NCBI GenBank assembly: GCA_050084985.1
Contig: JBITNC010000001.1
Coordinates: 42,966,001 to 43,030,000 of the forward strand
Reading direction: 5' to 3'
Length of the DNA stretch: 64,000 bases
Origin: Nageia nagi
Taxonomy: Eukaryota; Plantae; Pinophyta
Shown here: one piece after another, positions 42,676 to 55,847 of the stretch
Numbering within the stretch: position 1 is the stretch's first letter
Layout of the letters: each line of letters begins with the position of its first letter
Notes under the pieces: model-generated
What the model was told of the DNA's origin: nothing
The model's database searches: none
Seen by the model: the letters and a program-made list of their open reading frames with translations, nothing else
Position numbers and translations under genes: made by a program

Positions 42676-44829
42676 TTAAAAAATTAAAAATTTTGTTTTA
42701 TATATTTTTAAAAGAATAAGAAATTAAATTTTATATATAAAAAAATAGAATTTTTACCTTAACCTCCTTTTTTCTTTCATATTGTAAAAAATTGTAAGTT
42801 TTTTTGTAACTTTTATTGGTTATAATGAAAAACAAATTGTAACGTTCTCTTTTTTGTAACAAAATTGCAAGAATATTACTTTAAGTGGAAAAAAATGCTT
42901 GCAATTAAAAAAAAATCATAAAAAATCACAAAAAATCATATTGGATTTTTTGTAAAAATGCAATAATGAAGTGTTCATTGTAAGCACAACATGTATAATC
43001 TTATTTTACAATGTAACAAAAAATGCAATTTGAAAGGGATCTTTAGCATAGTTTTTAAAATCTAATTATTTAAAAAATTAGATTTAAGTAAAAAAAATTA
43101 CATATACTATTTTTTATGAGATCTTAAAACCTAATCATAGAAAACTATGTTAGATCTATCTTAAAAAAAATTGAAACAAGATTAAGGTTAGATATACCTT
43201 AATTTGAGGAGAGTTACCTCAAGGTGATGGAGCTATAATTTGAAGGAGATGATCACAATGAGGCTCTAATACCACAAGATGGAATTATAGGATTCTATAA
43301 ACCACAATCACTTGTACCAACTCCAAAATATTAACATTCTAATTTCTCTCAAAGATAATAATCTCTCAAAAGACACAACAATAACCTATCTCACAAATTA
43401 ACACACAAGAAATGTAGTGGTTCCTCTTTAAGAAAATACATTTACTTGAATCTAAGTATATTACTTATCAAGAGAAACTTTCTCTTACAAACTTTTTATC
43501 CCTGGATCTCTAAACTAATAGCATAACAATGCTCCTACAAGTGTGCATTTTACAACAAGCCTAGCCTTCCTTTGATAGACTCAAATCCTACTTTGGTATA
43601 CCCTTTTACACAAAGGGGAATGCCATCGTCCATAAGATATCCATATCCTCACATTAGGTGAGAATGGTTGTTAGAAGGCATTTTACCCATGCCTATTACA
43701 TATTTTTTTACTTCTATTTTAAGTATGTGGGACAACATGCATATATGGATATAGCCCTAATATAAAATATGGGGCTTATATATATATTTGCATACATGGA
43801 TAGTCCACATAATAAATGGATTATTCCATATTACAAAATATTTTCTTTATAACTTAGTTATTGTATATGTTCCTTTAGTTTTTAATTAATTAAGAATAAT
43901 ACACCTAAGTTATTTACACAATAATGCATTACAAATTCTAACAGCATGGATTACTATTCTAAAGTAGGAGAATAAGAGATTGCATAAGAGATTACATATG
44001 CCTCCTCTGAATGAGTCTTGGGTATTCATATCCAAGAAAATAGAGACACGATAGAATTTGTATTAAGATATGGATTAACTTAGAGATAAATATGGGAAAT
44101 CCAAGGCATTATTGGCTACCCATGGTATTAGTACTAGTGGTATGTTAGGTTCTATATCTTTATTGAGTGATACTAGTCCTAGGAAGAGTCTTAAAGTTGA
44201 TAGTGGCGACAGTGGTAGTGGAGGGAGTCACTCATGATGTTGTACAAATATATTTTATTATGTATATATATATTTAAATTTATTTGGTTCTAATTTTACA
44301 TGTATATATTTTAATTTATATTTATTTATGTATCAATTTATTTATATATTTCATCAAATTATTCTTAGTAAATAAATAATGCCATAATAAATACAAAGAT
44401 GATAAACACAAACTAAAAAGAAAAACTTTTATAAATTTGAAAAGAAATTTACAATTTTGCAACATCATCAAGTTTTTTCTAATAAACGCATTAAAGCACA
44501 CCTATATATACACAAAATAATTAGTTATACAACATCAAAATTGATTGCACTTTCTTTTTCTTTTCTAGTCGAGGAACGTATGGTATGGACACCCTAAAAA
44601 CATACCTATGGCATTAATGCTATGATATTTTTTAATTTTTTAGAGAAATGTATGGGCACTTTAAACATGATTTACCTAGTAAACCTTTTAAACATAAATA
44701 AAAAATAAAATAAAGTATAAGAAGGTATAAAATACGTTACATAAAAATACAATACTATACATGGTAAAGTTTAAAAAAATTAAATTTAACCAATGATACG
44801 ACGTACCTAGGTGGCCGTAGGAACCTACC

Positions 44830-47394
44830 TATAGTTTGTTGATGCAGGAACAATGATTCAACCATTCTAGGTAATTTGTGCATGATGTGGATGGCATGCG
44901 GATAGTTTCTTATGACATAGGTGCTCTACATTCTTTGAAATTGGGTGCTATTATTTCTTGGTCTAGCTCTTTAGAATACAAAGCATGACTATTTGTGATT
45001 TGTCCTACATATATTAGAAAAATAATATTGAAAATAATTTGGTGTAATTACCATCCCAATGCATCCTTTAGGTTGTTGGGTTATCCTTGGCAAAGGATCT
45101 GTAAATATTCCTAGTTGGTCATTATCAAGATGAACAAGGCTAACATCATCCTCTTTTTTGTTTGGAGTATCATTAATCCAAAGATTTTTTTTATCAATGA
45201 GATCTTGTATAATATTTCTTAAATTCATGCAATTTTTTGTTATATATCTTTGTGTTCTATGATAATTGAAAAATTCTTTAAATCTATAATTTTTAAGGAC
45301 TCCTTGTGTAAAATGATGTTGAACTATTGGCAAAAGCTCAATAAGATCTTTATCTAACAAAACATTTAGAATATCATCAACACTTTCATTCAACTTAGTA
45401 AATTTCTTTTTAGGTGGGAATGAATTTTTATCACTACCATTGCTACAACTTGCTTTGGAGTTGTGTAATTATTTACCTTTACATTACTCACCTTGTGAAG
45501 CTCTTTATAATTTTACAAAATATAAAGCTCCTTTTTAAGCAATTTATCAATCATTTTTTCCAATGAGATATCATCATAATCAAGTACTTCTAATTTGAAC
45601 ATTAGTAGTAAAGCAACTGCAAAAGTATCTTTTAAATCTTATTCAATAGTTGTAACTCTATTAGCAACTTTTTTCTATACTTTCACAAAATTAGTTAGAG
45701 ATTGACCATTTTCTTGTTTAATTCTACATAAATATTTGAAATCAATTTTATTATAAATATTATATTTGAAATTAGCAATGAATTGAAAAACAAGATCCTC
45801 ATATTTATCAATACTTTTTTCAAGAAGAGAAAAATACCATTTCAATGCATCATCTTTCAAGTTACTTGAAAATAATTTAGCAAGAAAATCATGATCATAG
45901 AGAAATTCAGTAGCTTCTTCTTGAAATTTTTTAACATGCATTTTTGGATCTTGAAAATCATCAAATTTTGTAAATTTAATACTCTTTTTTACAATTTAAT
46001 AATTTACAAGCAATTCTATAACTCAAATGATGTTTCAAACAAGATAAGAAATCATCATCGTTATTATAAAAAAAATTCAATTCTTTCTTAAAGTTGAGAA
46101 TTAGGATTAGGATGAGATGTAGGAGTGGATTGTGCAGCTGAGGATTGGACAATAGGCTATTTTGTTTGTGGTGAATATATGTTTTTTGAAATGGGATATA
46201 GAACTATAGGTTGATTACTTTTAGGGGTTGGTAGTGGGGATTATGGAGGAACATTACATGGAGAGATATTGCTAGGTGGAGGAGAAGGTAAAGCTATGAG
46301 TTATGGAAGAGGTATTTGAGTTGCTTTCAATTTGGCTTCTTTTAGTCTTATGAAAGGACCAATTTTATGGATTCTATATTCCTCCATATTATTTAACATA
46401 TAAAAGATTAAATCTAGTTGTTGACCATTAGTATCTTTTTGAAAGGTATCCAACTCTTATGTATCCATAAGAATATCAATTTTTATTTCATGTTCTTCTT
46501 GATTTCAATTAGGTTTATTTTCATAAGCCCTATTATTAAAGCATTAATTTGATCATGTACACTTTATGGTTCTTCAATTTTAGTCAAGATATTCTTACCT
46601 CTATCTTTGTTTATATATTCAAGGAGCATACATATTTTAGGTTGTTCGAGAGAACCTACTAGAGATTCCTTTTTTTCTTCAGCATGTCTATCCTCATCTT
46701 CGTACAATACCATTTTTGAGGCTTCATGAGGTACTATTTCTATAGCATTGGCACTCTAAGTATAGTCCAACATGGCATTGGTGCTCTATTTTTTAGTGGT
46801 AGACATCTTCTATTTTGAAAAACTTGAATTCTTATATTGAAACAAAGAATCTTTTGAAAGTGGAGTTCCAAGTTTGATACTAATCATTCATGTTTTATCA
46901 AAATATTCATAATGGCTTCATCTTTGTTATTAGTAAAATAATCTAATCTATCATTATGAGCCATAAATTCTTTTATAAAGTTAACATTTGCTAGAATAAT
47001 ATCTAGATCATCATTCTCAAATTCATTTTCAAATGTATTGATAGAAATTTCTTGATTTACACTTTCAAAATCATCATCACTAAAGTTAAAATATTAAGCT
47101 TATTAGGTATTTACCAATTATGTTCATTCAACAACTAGAATTGACACATCCATAGTCTTTTTCATCAATTGTTATTCTATAATTTGGATGAGGTTCATAG
47201 AACTTAGGTGGTATATCAATCCTAGTACTTCTAATTTCATCAAAATAAATCCTCCCTTTGAAAATCCTAGGTTGTTCTTTAGAGAATAATCTCTTTGGTA
47301 CATAGGCTAAACAAACCATAATTTTATCATTTTTACATAATACTACTCTAACAACATCAAGTAAAGGAAGAAATAGTAGCTCAAAAGGATTCAT
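44830..47394 (-). pseudogene. Tat-like gag with long N-terminal/extra-ORF region
   Basis: LAKLFSSNLKDDALKWYFSL..KSID.YEDLVFQFIANF (Retrotrans_gag-like); FNYHRTQRYITKNCMNLRNIIQDLID (Tat/Ogre-type knuckle relic); Pro-rich linker 46100-46320; upstream ORF fragment 47128-47394. Confidence 0.8.
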
Positions 47395-47444
47395 GACTCT
47401 CTAAATAAGGATACCGTATAAGGGATATATAGTTGTGTAAGAAT

Positions 47445-47458
47445 CATCGAGTTCACTA
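47445..47458 (-). promoter_or_regulatory. Degenerate PBS, probably tRNA-Trp
   Basis: Minus strand TAGTGAACTCGATG versus TGGTGAACCCGACG (complement of the plant tRNA-Trp 3' end, from memory); 3 transitions; 4 nt from the LTR. Confidence 0.6.
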
Positions 47459-47462
47459 GAAA

Positions 47463-48030
47463 TGTAGACCCTAATTGTGTAAATAATAATATAAACATAA
47501 ATAAGTCTACTAAAGATGACACTTATTCAAATACAAATATTAATAAATGAAAAGTGTGCACCTGATATGATAAGTAATCCTCAAAGTAAGGCAAAGTTAC
47601 ATAAATGATTGCATTTGATTAGATATGATATCATGAGTAATATTCAACATTCTAGATGAGTGTTAATTACCTCTCTTATTTGTAGCTTTGAATTGCAAAG
47701 AAGCACAATGCAAATGGCATGCAAGTATTAGGACATCGATGCATTGAAACCTGTAGAATCATATCATGCATAAAATATAGCAAGTAATAAAAGCACATAG
47801 CATAATAGATCCTCGAATAGGTGGCATCAAAAGATACTAAAAGTATGATGTATAGGATAACCATCTATCAAAGAGATTCGATAGGGATTTCAACCTCCAA
47901 CTCCTCCATTTATAACCTACAAGAACATAAAAAGGAATGAAAGCTAATTTATAGTAATAATATAATATTTATAATATTCAAGATACTTTAAAATATGAAC
48001 CATGATAAATGATATTGTATTTAATCTAAC
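47463..48030 (-). repeat. 5' LTR of the Tat-like element, outer ~120 bp deleted
   Basis: Matches 34133-~34703, then switches directly to copia B RT. Confidence 0.9.
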
Positions 48031-48930
48031 CATTATTGTAGTGTATGTTAATAATTTTTTCATCACATGCAATACTGAAGAGTTGATTCTATCTTATAAG
48101 GATGATCTTAAAAAATCATTTGACATGAATGAACTTGGTTTACTTCATTATTATCTTATATTGTTGGAGAAGTTCAAGATGTCAAATTTCCAACTTATGT
48201 CCATGCCTATTGAGCCTAGTTTACATCTATGCTTCCATGATAGTTCTCTACTAGTAAATGCAACTCTCTATCATTAACTAATTGAAGGGTTAATTTACAT
48301 ATAGTACACCAGGCTAAATATTTTCTATGTTGTTATCTATATTTCTAAGTTTATGCATGAACCTAAGAAATCTCATTGGATAGAAACTAAACATGTATTG
48401 AGATACATTTATGTTACTAATAGTTATTGATTTAAATATAAGAATAATGATAAGTTCTTCTTGACTAGATACATGGATGTAAATTATGTCAGAGCCTTGG
48501 ATGATAATATATCAACAACAAGATATGTGTTCTTCCTTAGATTTGGATCAATTTATTAGGGTAGTAAGAAATAAAATATCACATCCAAATCTACAATATA
48601 TTTAGAGGATCATGCTTGTGTAGATGTTATTTGTGAAGTTTTACAATTACATGACATTCTAATAGATATTATGGTATTATAGAGTTAGCATACCATTTTG
48701 TACTGCAATAATTAGGGTTTACTAAAGCTAGTTTGTAATCATATTTTTCTTTAGCACACCATACACATTAAGATACAAGTATAATTTATTTGAGATCATG
48801 TTTAACTACACAACATTCAACTCTGCTACATTTTCATGAAAGAGCAAGTTTCAAATATTTTCACCAAGTCTCTTGATTGTGGAAATTTTGAATACTTTTG
48901 AAGCTTCCTCTCTTATTCTTTGAATACCTA
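48031..48930 (+). pseudogene. Copia B RT(C-terminal part)-RNase H
   Basis: IIVVYVNNFFIT (YVDD-like), FDMNELGLLHYYL, TRLNI, IFTKSL. Confidence 0.88.
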
Positions 48931-48947
48931 ATGTATAAAGAAGGGAA

Positions 48948-49226
48948 TGTTAGAATTAATAATATATTTAGGTATATAAAATAAATGAAATTAATATTAT
49001 TACTATTATTGAATAATAAAATAGTAGGATTTTATTGTAGTTTATTTTAATCCATTATTATAAGAGAATGTAACTCTCAACACTCTATGTATTTAAACCT
49101 ATTTTCATTAATGTAATGGGTCACTTCACGTTTCTCTCAATTCTTTTGATAACAACCTCCTAGTGGAATAGACATCATGTCTAATTTTAATGTATAATAT
49201 CTCATAGTTATTTTAATTTTCTAACA
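48948..49226 (+). repeat. 3' LTR of copia B (279 bp)
   Basis: TGTTAGAA...TTCTAACA terminal inverted repeat, after the PPT. Confidence 0.88.
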
Positions 49227-52200
49227 CTTCTAACAACATTTTATTTTCCCTCTTTATTATCCTTTAATCAATAAAATTATGGGTACTCTCATAATCAATC
49301 AACATTGGTAATCATTTCCCCTTTAACAATATTATCACCTTCATTATCTGTAATGTTATTCATGTTATATTATGTATTAAAATTTTAGACACATGTTCCT
49401 CCTCTTCTTGAATGGTGTCCTCGTTCTCTTCTATTTTTGCATTACATATGGGCTTCTCTTCTAGTGGTGATGATCCCTCTATTAAGTATAGTTTTTATGT
49501 TGTACACTTACGAATTTTGAATACTTTTCATCATAAAATTAGCAAAGTTATTTTCATATTTTCTTATCCATTTCATTTTGATACAACCATTGAATTTGTA
49601 GCTTTTTTCCTACAAATTTTTGCATTTTAGATTTGGTGAACTTGATATTTACACTTATGGCATTATTTGGGGAAAGGATTATGCATATGTAGGTTTATAC
49701 ACATCATGTTAAGCATTTTATTTCTCTTATGGATTTTTCCTCAATGCCAATGTCACTTGCATTATCTTAGGAGTATGAATTTTAATCTCTACCCTAATTT
49801 TTTCCTTTAATCTACTAATAAAAAAAATCTTAAAGAATTTCTTGCTAATCCTTCATGTTTTATTAGTCAACTTGTCAAATTGTATTAGGTGATTTTTTAT
49901 AGTCAAAGTTTATTTCAACTGTTTCAAATATCCTATGAATATTGTATTCAATTGGCCCAAATATCACTGATAAATGATCATGGAAAGCTTTCTATGTCAA
50001 GTTTGGTTAAATGGATTGCAAACATTGAATCACCTTATGGTCCAAGTTAAATAAAGTTGTCAACATATTTTTATGCTATAGGATTTTATGAAAAATGAAA
50101 TATTATTTTTCTTTGTATAACCATACATCAATATGATCTTCATTAAACTTAATAAAGTGTAACTTCAAATATTTTGAATATCCCCTTATTGCATTATGTC
50201 TACCTCTCCTTCCATCTTCTTCTTCGTGTGGTATGTGTTCGTATCTCAATTTCAAAAGTTGGATCAAAAGTATTAAATGTGCTTTGTGTCTCTCTTGATT
50301 CTTATTTTTTTCCACCATTTGTTTATGTATATATTGCATATGCTTCCAATCACCTTGCATATGCTTATTTTATTATTAAGATGGTTTATCATTGGTTGAA
50401 ACTCCTTAGATATTACTTTTTTAGAGTTGTTAGAGATGGTAATTATAGCATACCTACATTATTTCATAAAATTGGTTATTTTATTCATTTATTTTTCAAT
50501 CACATCTACTTTTTTCTTAGTAAATGAAACCTTGGCACTTGAAGTAGCAAATGCCATAATTTCTTCTTTTTCTCTGAAAAGTGATTTTTATTGCTTTTAA
50601 AGAAATGACAATTTTGAGATTTTCTTGGAATTTATGGAATAAGGGATGAATTTTTGTAAGGTAATAAGTGAAGGAATTATATATTTTTTGTAATATCATA
50701 TTTGTTTTTGAAAATTTTAGATATATTTTAAATTTTTTTCTTCCTCAAATGGCCAAAAAAAATGCACTAAAATAGAGCAATTATAAATCTATGACATTTC
50801 ACTCAATATTGCTTAGAATTCAAAATTTTATTTTGCATTGGATTTAGAGTGAAAAATAAGTTTCTTGTTTCAAATTTCTATTTTTGCAAAGCTAGACTAT
50901 TTGACTGCCCAACTATTTATTATGACTATTAAAATTCTAACCATTATTATTCAACTCTCCTGCTCAATTAGACTACATTGTATTCATTGTACTATTTGAA
51001 TTATTAAGTTTGTACAATTTGAATTTCATCATTTATTCTCAAATGGGTAGGTTAGGTAAACTAGGTTGATAGTATTTGTACTTGCAGACTCTCTAATATA
51101 TCAATTGGTACATGGAGAATAAATTATGGGGGTTAATCACTTACCTATGTACCACTTACATAAATAATTGATGGCTTCCTATTGGCTGGTTTCAATTTTG
51201 CCTAGGTTATGTCCCAATATACCTTTCAATACATTAGAGTCTAATTTCATATAAGGTTCTATGTTTCACTTGGGTATTAGTATGAAGTTTTGCATACCTC
51301 ACTTCTCATCTAGCTTTATGGGCTATCTTGCTTAGCCAAAAATGGCATATCCTCATATTAATTGAAAATGATTAAAATATTATTTCTATTCTACTAAGAA
51401 ACTAGAAAAGAATAGTTTTATCTTGTATGGGGAAAAAATTGCAAAAACTTTTATCTATAAATTGTTCAAACTATTTTGGGAGCAACCTCGAAAAACTTTG
51501 ATACTACTTCTAATATTCCTACAATTATAAATAATGAACATAAAATAAAATATTATTGAAAATATGGAAATAATCCCTTATCATTGTTACAATGAGAAAA
51601 ATTGAAAGAAAAAAATGAAAATAAATTACAACTTTGCATTCACAACAATAATCATTGTGAGCCTCTTCAAGGGGAAACCTCTAAACATAAAATAATTGCA
51701 TTACTTCTTACCAAGATGAAAAGATTACAATGTTTGGTAAACAATATTTACAACTATTCTAACATAAAATTTCAAGGGTTTCCCATTCAAAGGACTTAAT
51801 CTATAACTTATATTCAACTTTTACACCAAATAAATTAATTATGGAAATAACAATTAATTGATATGTTAGGGAAGGATGAATGATATCTTTTAATATGATT
51901 TAAACCCAATTGTTCGTAATACCTATTCAAATTTTTCCAAAGATAAATATATATTATTTATGTATTTAAGTGATTGTTTCTACTAAAATTAATATTCATA
52001 ATAAAATGGATGTGGTGATCTTCCCTCCAAATTCATCCATAAATGCCTAGCATTTATGCCCTAAACTCAATTCAATTGTCCCTCAAATCAGAGAAAACCA
52101 TATATGTGGGATGAATCAGGGCTAAAGTCAACCAAATTCAAGAACCTATCACCAATTGAAGCCTATTCCACCAATTTTTAGTTGCTTTTGTATGCAACCA

Positions 52201-52439
52201 AAGAGCATAAATGCCCAAGGTTTATGGTTGAATTTGGAGGAAGTATAGCCTTCCATTAATAAAATTTCCAAGCTTGTTTTAGTTATCTTAGTTTAAGAAT
52301 TCATATATCATGTTGTAATTGCAAATATTATTATAGGTTTATTTAATGTATTTGTAAAATGGGTAGGTAAGAAAATTTGATATTAATGTCCACAACTAAC
52401 GAAAATAATGGTCGGTAAGACTGTAGAAAAATACGTATA

Positions 52440-53200
52440 AGAATATCAAGGGAGCATCTAATGTGACTCCACTATGGAATAGAGAGAATTAGATGAGGGA
52501 AAATGAAGCAAGATGACATCAAATTATTAGGTCCAATAGGTTTGAATGGAGTCAAGAAGATTGCATATAGGGATTCAAGGGGATCACCCACTATTCAAGG
52601 TCAAAAAGAAGCTCATGATGTTGCAAACAAATGGATTAACCTTAGTGGGTGTAGTAATAATGCACCAATGAGTAGTCTTTCCAAAGTCTTAATGAATTAT
52701 GTTACACTTTTGAGTCATAGCTTCCTACAGTTGAAAAATAGATGTGATGAGTCTTGAACTTCTTGTGTTATGATATTTATCAATGATTACTTTCTATTTG
52801 AGATGGGTGGCTTCTCTGATCTAAAGTGTGATGCATTATAGTCTTCCTAATTTCAAAATATGGCCACCTTTGAATTGGAAATTATATTCACCTTGAATTT
52901 CATAGTACATAGGGAAAATGAATTTGAAAGTTATGATTATTGAAACAATTCTTACACTTTTACTACTAATAAGAGAAGTTGCTAAACTTATGGATACACC
53001 AATTGAATCTACTTCACTCACCTTTATTAGGGAGTTGAAAGTTATTGGTAGTTGAAAGGTGATCTCAAGATCTTGTATTGAATGCAAAACATGTTTAGAA
53101 GGGATTATGTCAAGTATAATGTTAACATAATCAAGATAATTTACTAAATGAAAATAAGCTATGTGTTGATGATGATAATGAGGATAACATTAATCGAGGT
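52440..53200 (+). pseudogene. Scrambled copia integrase-region relic
   Basis: FINDYF (FIDDYS-like), YGHL and SQDLVLNE-like motifs. Confidence 0.35.
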
Positions 53201-53279
53201 TCCAAATGAAAATAACAACTAAACCTATGCTAATGGAATTTGTGCTTGGATATGTTTGACCATTACTGAATATTCTACA

Positions 53280-54130
53280 ATTCTTTTCCCTAAAGATAAT
53301 TTCACAAATTAGTAGCTTATTTTTTAAACAAATATACTCAAGAAATATTCAAAGAAATTAGGGAAGTCACTTCCCAACCCTCCCTTATTAGCTTACATCA
53401 TGGAAGATGATAGTTATGTTGAATAACTAGGAGGGCTTTCGAATAAATGGAAGAAGTATTAATCTTAGCATAAAACCAAGACCAAATTCACCATACCTCA
53501 TTAGCATGAATAAATAAGTGAAAACCTTGACTTCCTTAGATAATAGGAATTTTAGCTAGCATAAAAACTTCCAACAATGAAGCATGTTATAAGTAAGAGT
53601 TTTCTCTAGATCATTTTATAGGTTTTTATGATCAAAAATATCTTAAAATCCAATCAAATGAGGATGTTATAAGTTTTTATGATCAAAATCCATTAGATTT
53701 GAATATTAATTAATACTTGTTCAAATTACTCGAATGTTAAGCAACTACATTGAACCTTTTTACATTAGCCATACATGCAAATAAGTAATCCAAACTCTCT
53801 CCAACTATTGTAGATTGAATGTTTTCAATCTCTTAAAACCTATAATTTATTACCTTTATGCCCCAAGTTGATTCTAAGTTCAATTTATCATTATAGGAAT
53901 ATAAAATCATATAAAATGGTTTGCTAGTTTATTTATCCATCTAGAAGCTAGCATCTTTAGCATTGTGTTTCACACCTTTTATTAAAGGTCAATACTTGAA
54001 CCTTTCACAAGAGACTTTGAGACTCGTGCTACTAAAAGTTTTATGGATTCAACTTGTCCAAAGTACTTATGCCAAAAACAACTCTTGAGATATTTTATAA
54101 TTCCCTCTTCAACCATCATACAAGCAGATA
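53280..54130 (-). pseudogene. Possible L1 ORF2 fragment
   Basis: Minus-strand NKGGLG (~53370-53395) with weak upstream L1-like motifs. Confidence 0.3.
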
Positions 54131-55614
54131 TAAATCTTTTTAAGAAATGAAAGTGAATTGTATATACTTTTTAAGGATTTCAATTGAGAAAAATATTATC
54201 ATAATTATTTCATCAATTAACAATGATGTTTGATATATTTATATTCATTAAAGTTACATGCTCAACTATTAATAAATGATGGTTTTTGATACATTTAAAT
54301 TTAGTGTTTGTTATAATAGTGAGCATGAAGTGAAAATATAAGACAAAATTTAAAATTTGATATTCATATCTATGGATGACCAAAAAATGGTTAATGGGAC
54401 TATAAGAAAAATACATGTAGGGAGAGAAAAGGATAACCTAGAGTAGCTTCAATATGGAATGAGTGAGAAGTAGATAAAAAAGAACATCAAATAAAAGAAG
54501 AATGAGTGAGGCAAAAAGTCTACATGTAAAGAGTCAAGCGTTTCCTTCAACAATTGAGGAAAAAAAGAAAATCATGATGTTATAACAAAAGCAAGTATCC
54601 CTAAATGGCTTAGCAATGATGCACCATTTAATCCCTCCAAATTATTCAAGATTCATATGACGTTTTATTTATAATTTCCTACAATTGAAAATAAGACAAG
54701 CATATATTACATCCATATCTTATATGTCATTTAATTCGAGGTATGTTGAGAACTACCATCACTAATCATAGTTTTGTTACAAAGCATTTATTTTGATCAA
54801 GTACTTATTTCTTGATAGGAATAGTAATCAAGCCAATCTACAATAGGTTCACCCTTCTTAGGAAAGGTTTGGATGCACCAAACCCCATCTACCACTACAA
54901 ACTATCTATTTGATGGGGGGAATAAAAACCACCATCCCCAACCCACTCCAAAAAAATAAGTGGGAAAAACATAGCTTTGGATTTATTTTTCTTCACTCCC
55001 ACTATATACCATGATACCTATATTGTCCAACCATGTACTTAATGCAATATAGCTTGGCTTAGACTAGCTACTCACACCAGAATTTGAAGACCATTTTAGA
55101 TTCACTTACCCCATATACTATGAGATCTATGGTCGATATCGTTGTTGATTCAAGGATGCTTATACTTTACGATCTTAGTTGAGCTATAAGATATGATTTT
55201 TTCAAATATGCACAATTGTTCCTAGGCTCATCATGTCCTTTCATCCATAGGATATTGAGAACCAAGAGTACACCAATATTCCTAATGACTCTAAGAGGGT
55301 TTCCCACCATTGTGTTACCACTAAACCCACCAAGATTACTCTTGGTTGCAATATTAATTTCCTTTTGAACTTGAATGTTAAGAAATCCTATTGACTCTTC
55401 TCATATCGACCTTTTTCTACTACAAATGGACTTGTTGGATATGGTATTATGAATACTCTTATTGCTAATTTTCTATCTCTTCTTAATTCTTACTTATTGG
55501 AGTTGCTTTAGGCACTCAATTGTTCCTTTTATATTTACTTTTCTACAACCTCATTAATCAATTTTGGTCATTTGTAAACATTAATATTAAAATTTTAAAT
55601 AACTCTATACCATC

Positions 55615-55838
55615 TTATCATGGTGAGGGTATGAATTCTGAAGGAACTTAATATTATTCTCAAAATGATTACATTTTATAGTGCAAATAACAACCTAAAA
55701 AATAGCACCAAACTAAAGTAATAGCACCAGACTCTATTTGTAGATTATGACTAACAAAACTCTAAATATCTAAATATATATGCCTACATAGACTTAAGAA
55801 AATGCTAGATACATATAATGCTATATCATATTCTAACA
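55615..55838 (-). repeat. 3' LTR of copia C (left edge uncertain)
   Basis: Minus strand begins TGTTAGAAT immediately after PPT taagggggagaa (55839-55850). Confidence 0.7.
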
Positions 55839-55847
55839 TTCTCCCCC

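Larger units (their letters stand above)
38187..43943 (-). mobile_element. Non-autonomous (LARD-like) copia derivative related to element A
   Basis: Perfect TSD gcatg (38182-38186/43944-43948). LTRs 38187-~38560 (deleted) and ~43277-43943. PBS gctctaatacca at 43263-43274. Only a short RNase H end and GAG-pre-integrase relic remain (39550-39900). 3' UTR motif ggcatctntntgatgacttatagtgca is shared with A (~12085-12112). Confidence 0.9.
36050..44237 (+). pseudogene. Plant mobile domain (PMD, MAIN-like) gene relic, antisense to gag, split by the insertion at 38187-43943
   Basis: SNTLQLPPREKIVTLLDMYRISYDPIHG (36768-36851) resembles PMD TFHLPxGExTITLxDVxxILxLPxxG; then LAYLH, VCAYKNI (QxWAWE-like), IWVAY, ELYYLGHVLQKF (ExYxPxRVxRQFG-like). 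Donor-like GTGAGT at 36183 and AG|GTATAC at 37915 precede AT-rich tracts. Confidence 0.72.
34133..48030 (-). mobile_element. Tat/Ogre-like Ty3/gypsy element lacking pol (gag plus antisense PMD gene)
   Basis: LTRs 34133-34823 (TGTAGA...TCTACA) and 47463-48030 (truncated). Minus-strand PPT aaagagggaaaaa at 34824-34836, PBS at 47445-47458, gag ORF fragments at 44989-45941. Confidence 0.88.
29641..49226 (+). mobile_element. Ty1/copia element B nested in the gypsy and itself interrupted twice
   Basis: 5' LTR start 29641-~29733 matches 3' LTR 48948-49226; PPT aaagaagggaa; gag/PR/INT/RT at 31570-34132 and RT/RH at 48031-48930. No clean TSD. Confidence 0.85.
27040..51100 (-). mobile_element. Chromovirus-like Ty3/gypsy relic, outermost host of the nest (segments 27040-29640 and 49227-51100)
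   Basis: gag KLHFIKFNEDHIDVWLYK (~50150), zinc-knuckle relic ~49650-49740, protease LIDYESTHNFI (~49270-49305), LLEG|YDVVLGVQ spanning the copia B insertion, RT FFDD (28500), GFLGFTRYYKKFI, integrase ~27050-27700. LTRs not resolved. Confidence 0.8.

Noticed and set aside
44565-44835. Possible small MITE/Helitron with cgta motifs between gag and PMD
   Set aside because: No convincing TIR, TSD or terminal hairpin.
50174-50527. 117-aa hydrophobic ORF
   Set aside because: Antisense to the A-rich gypsy gag start; a compositional artefact.
51585-52000. Possible minus-strand solo LTR
   Set aside because: LTR-like composition and TG start, but no partner, end or TSD could be fixed.
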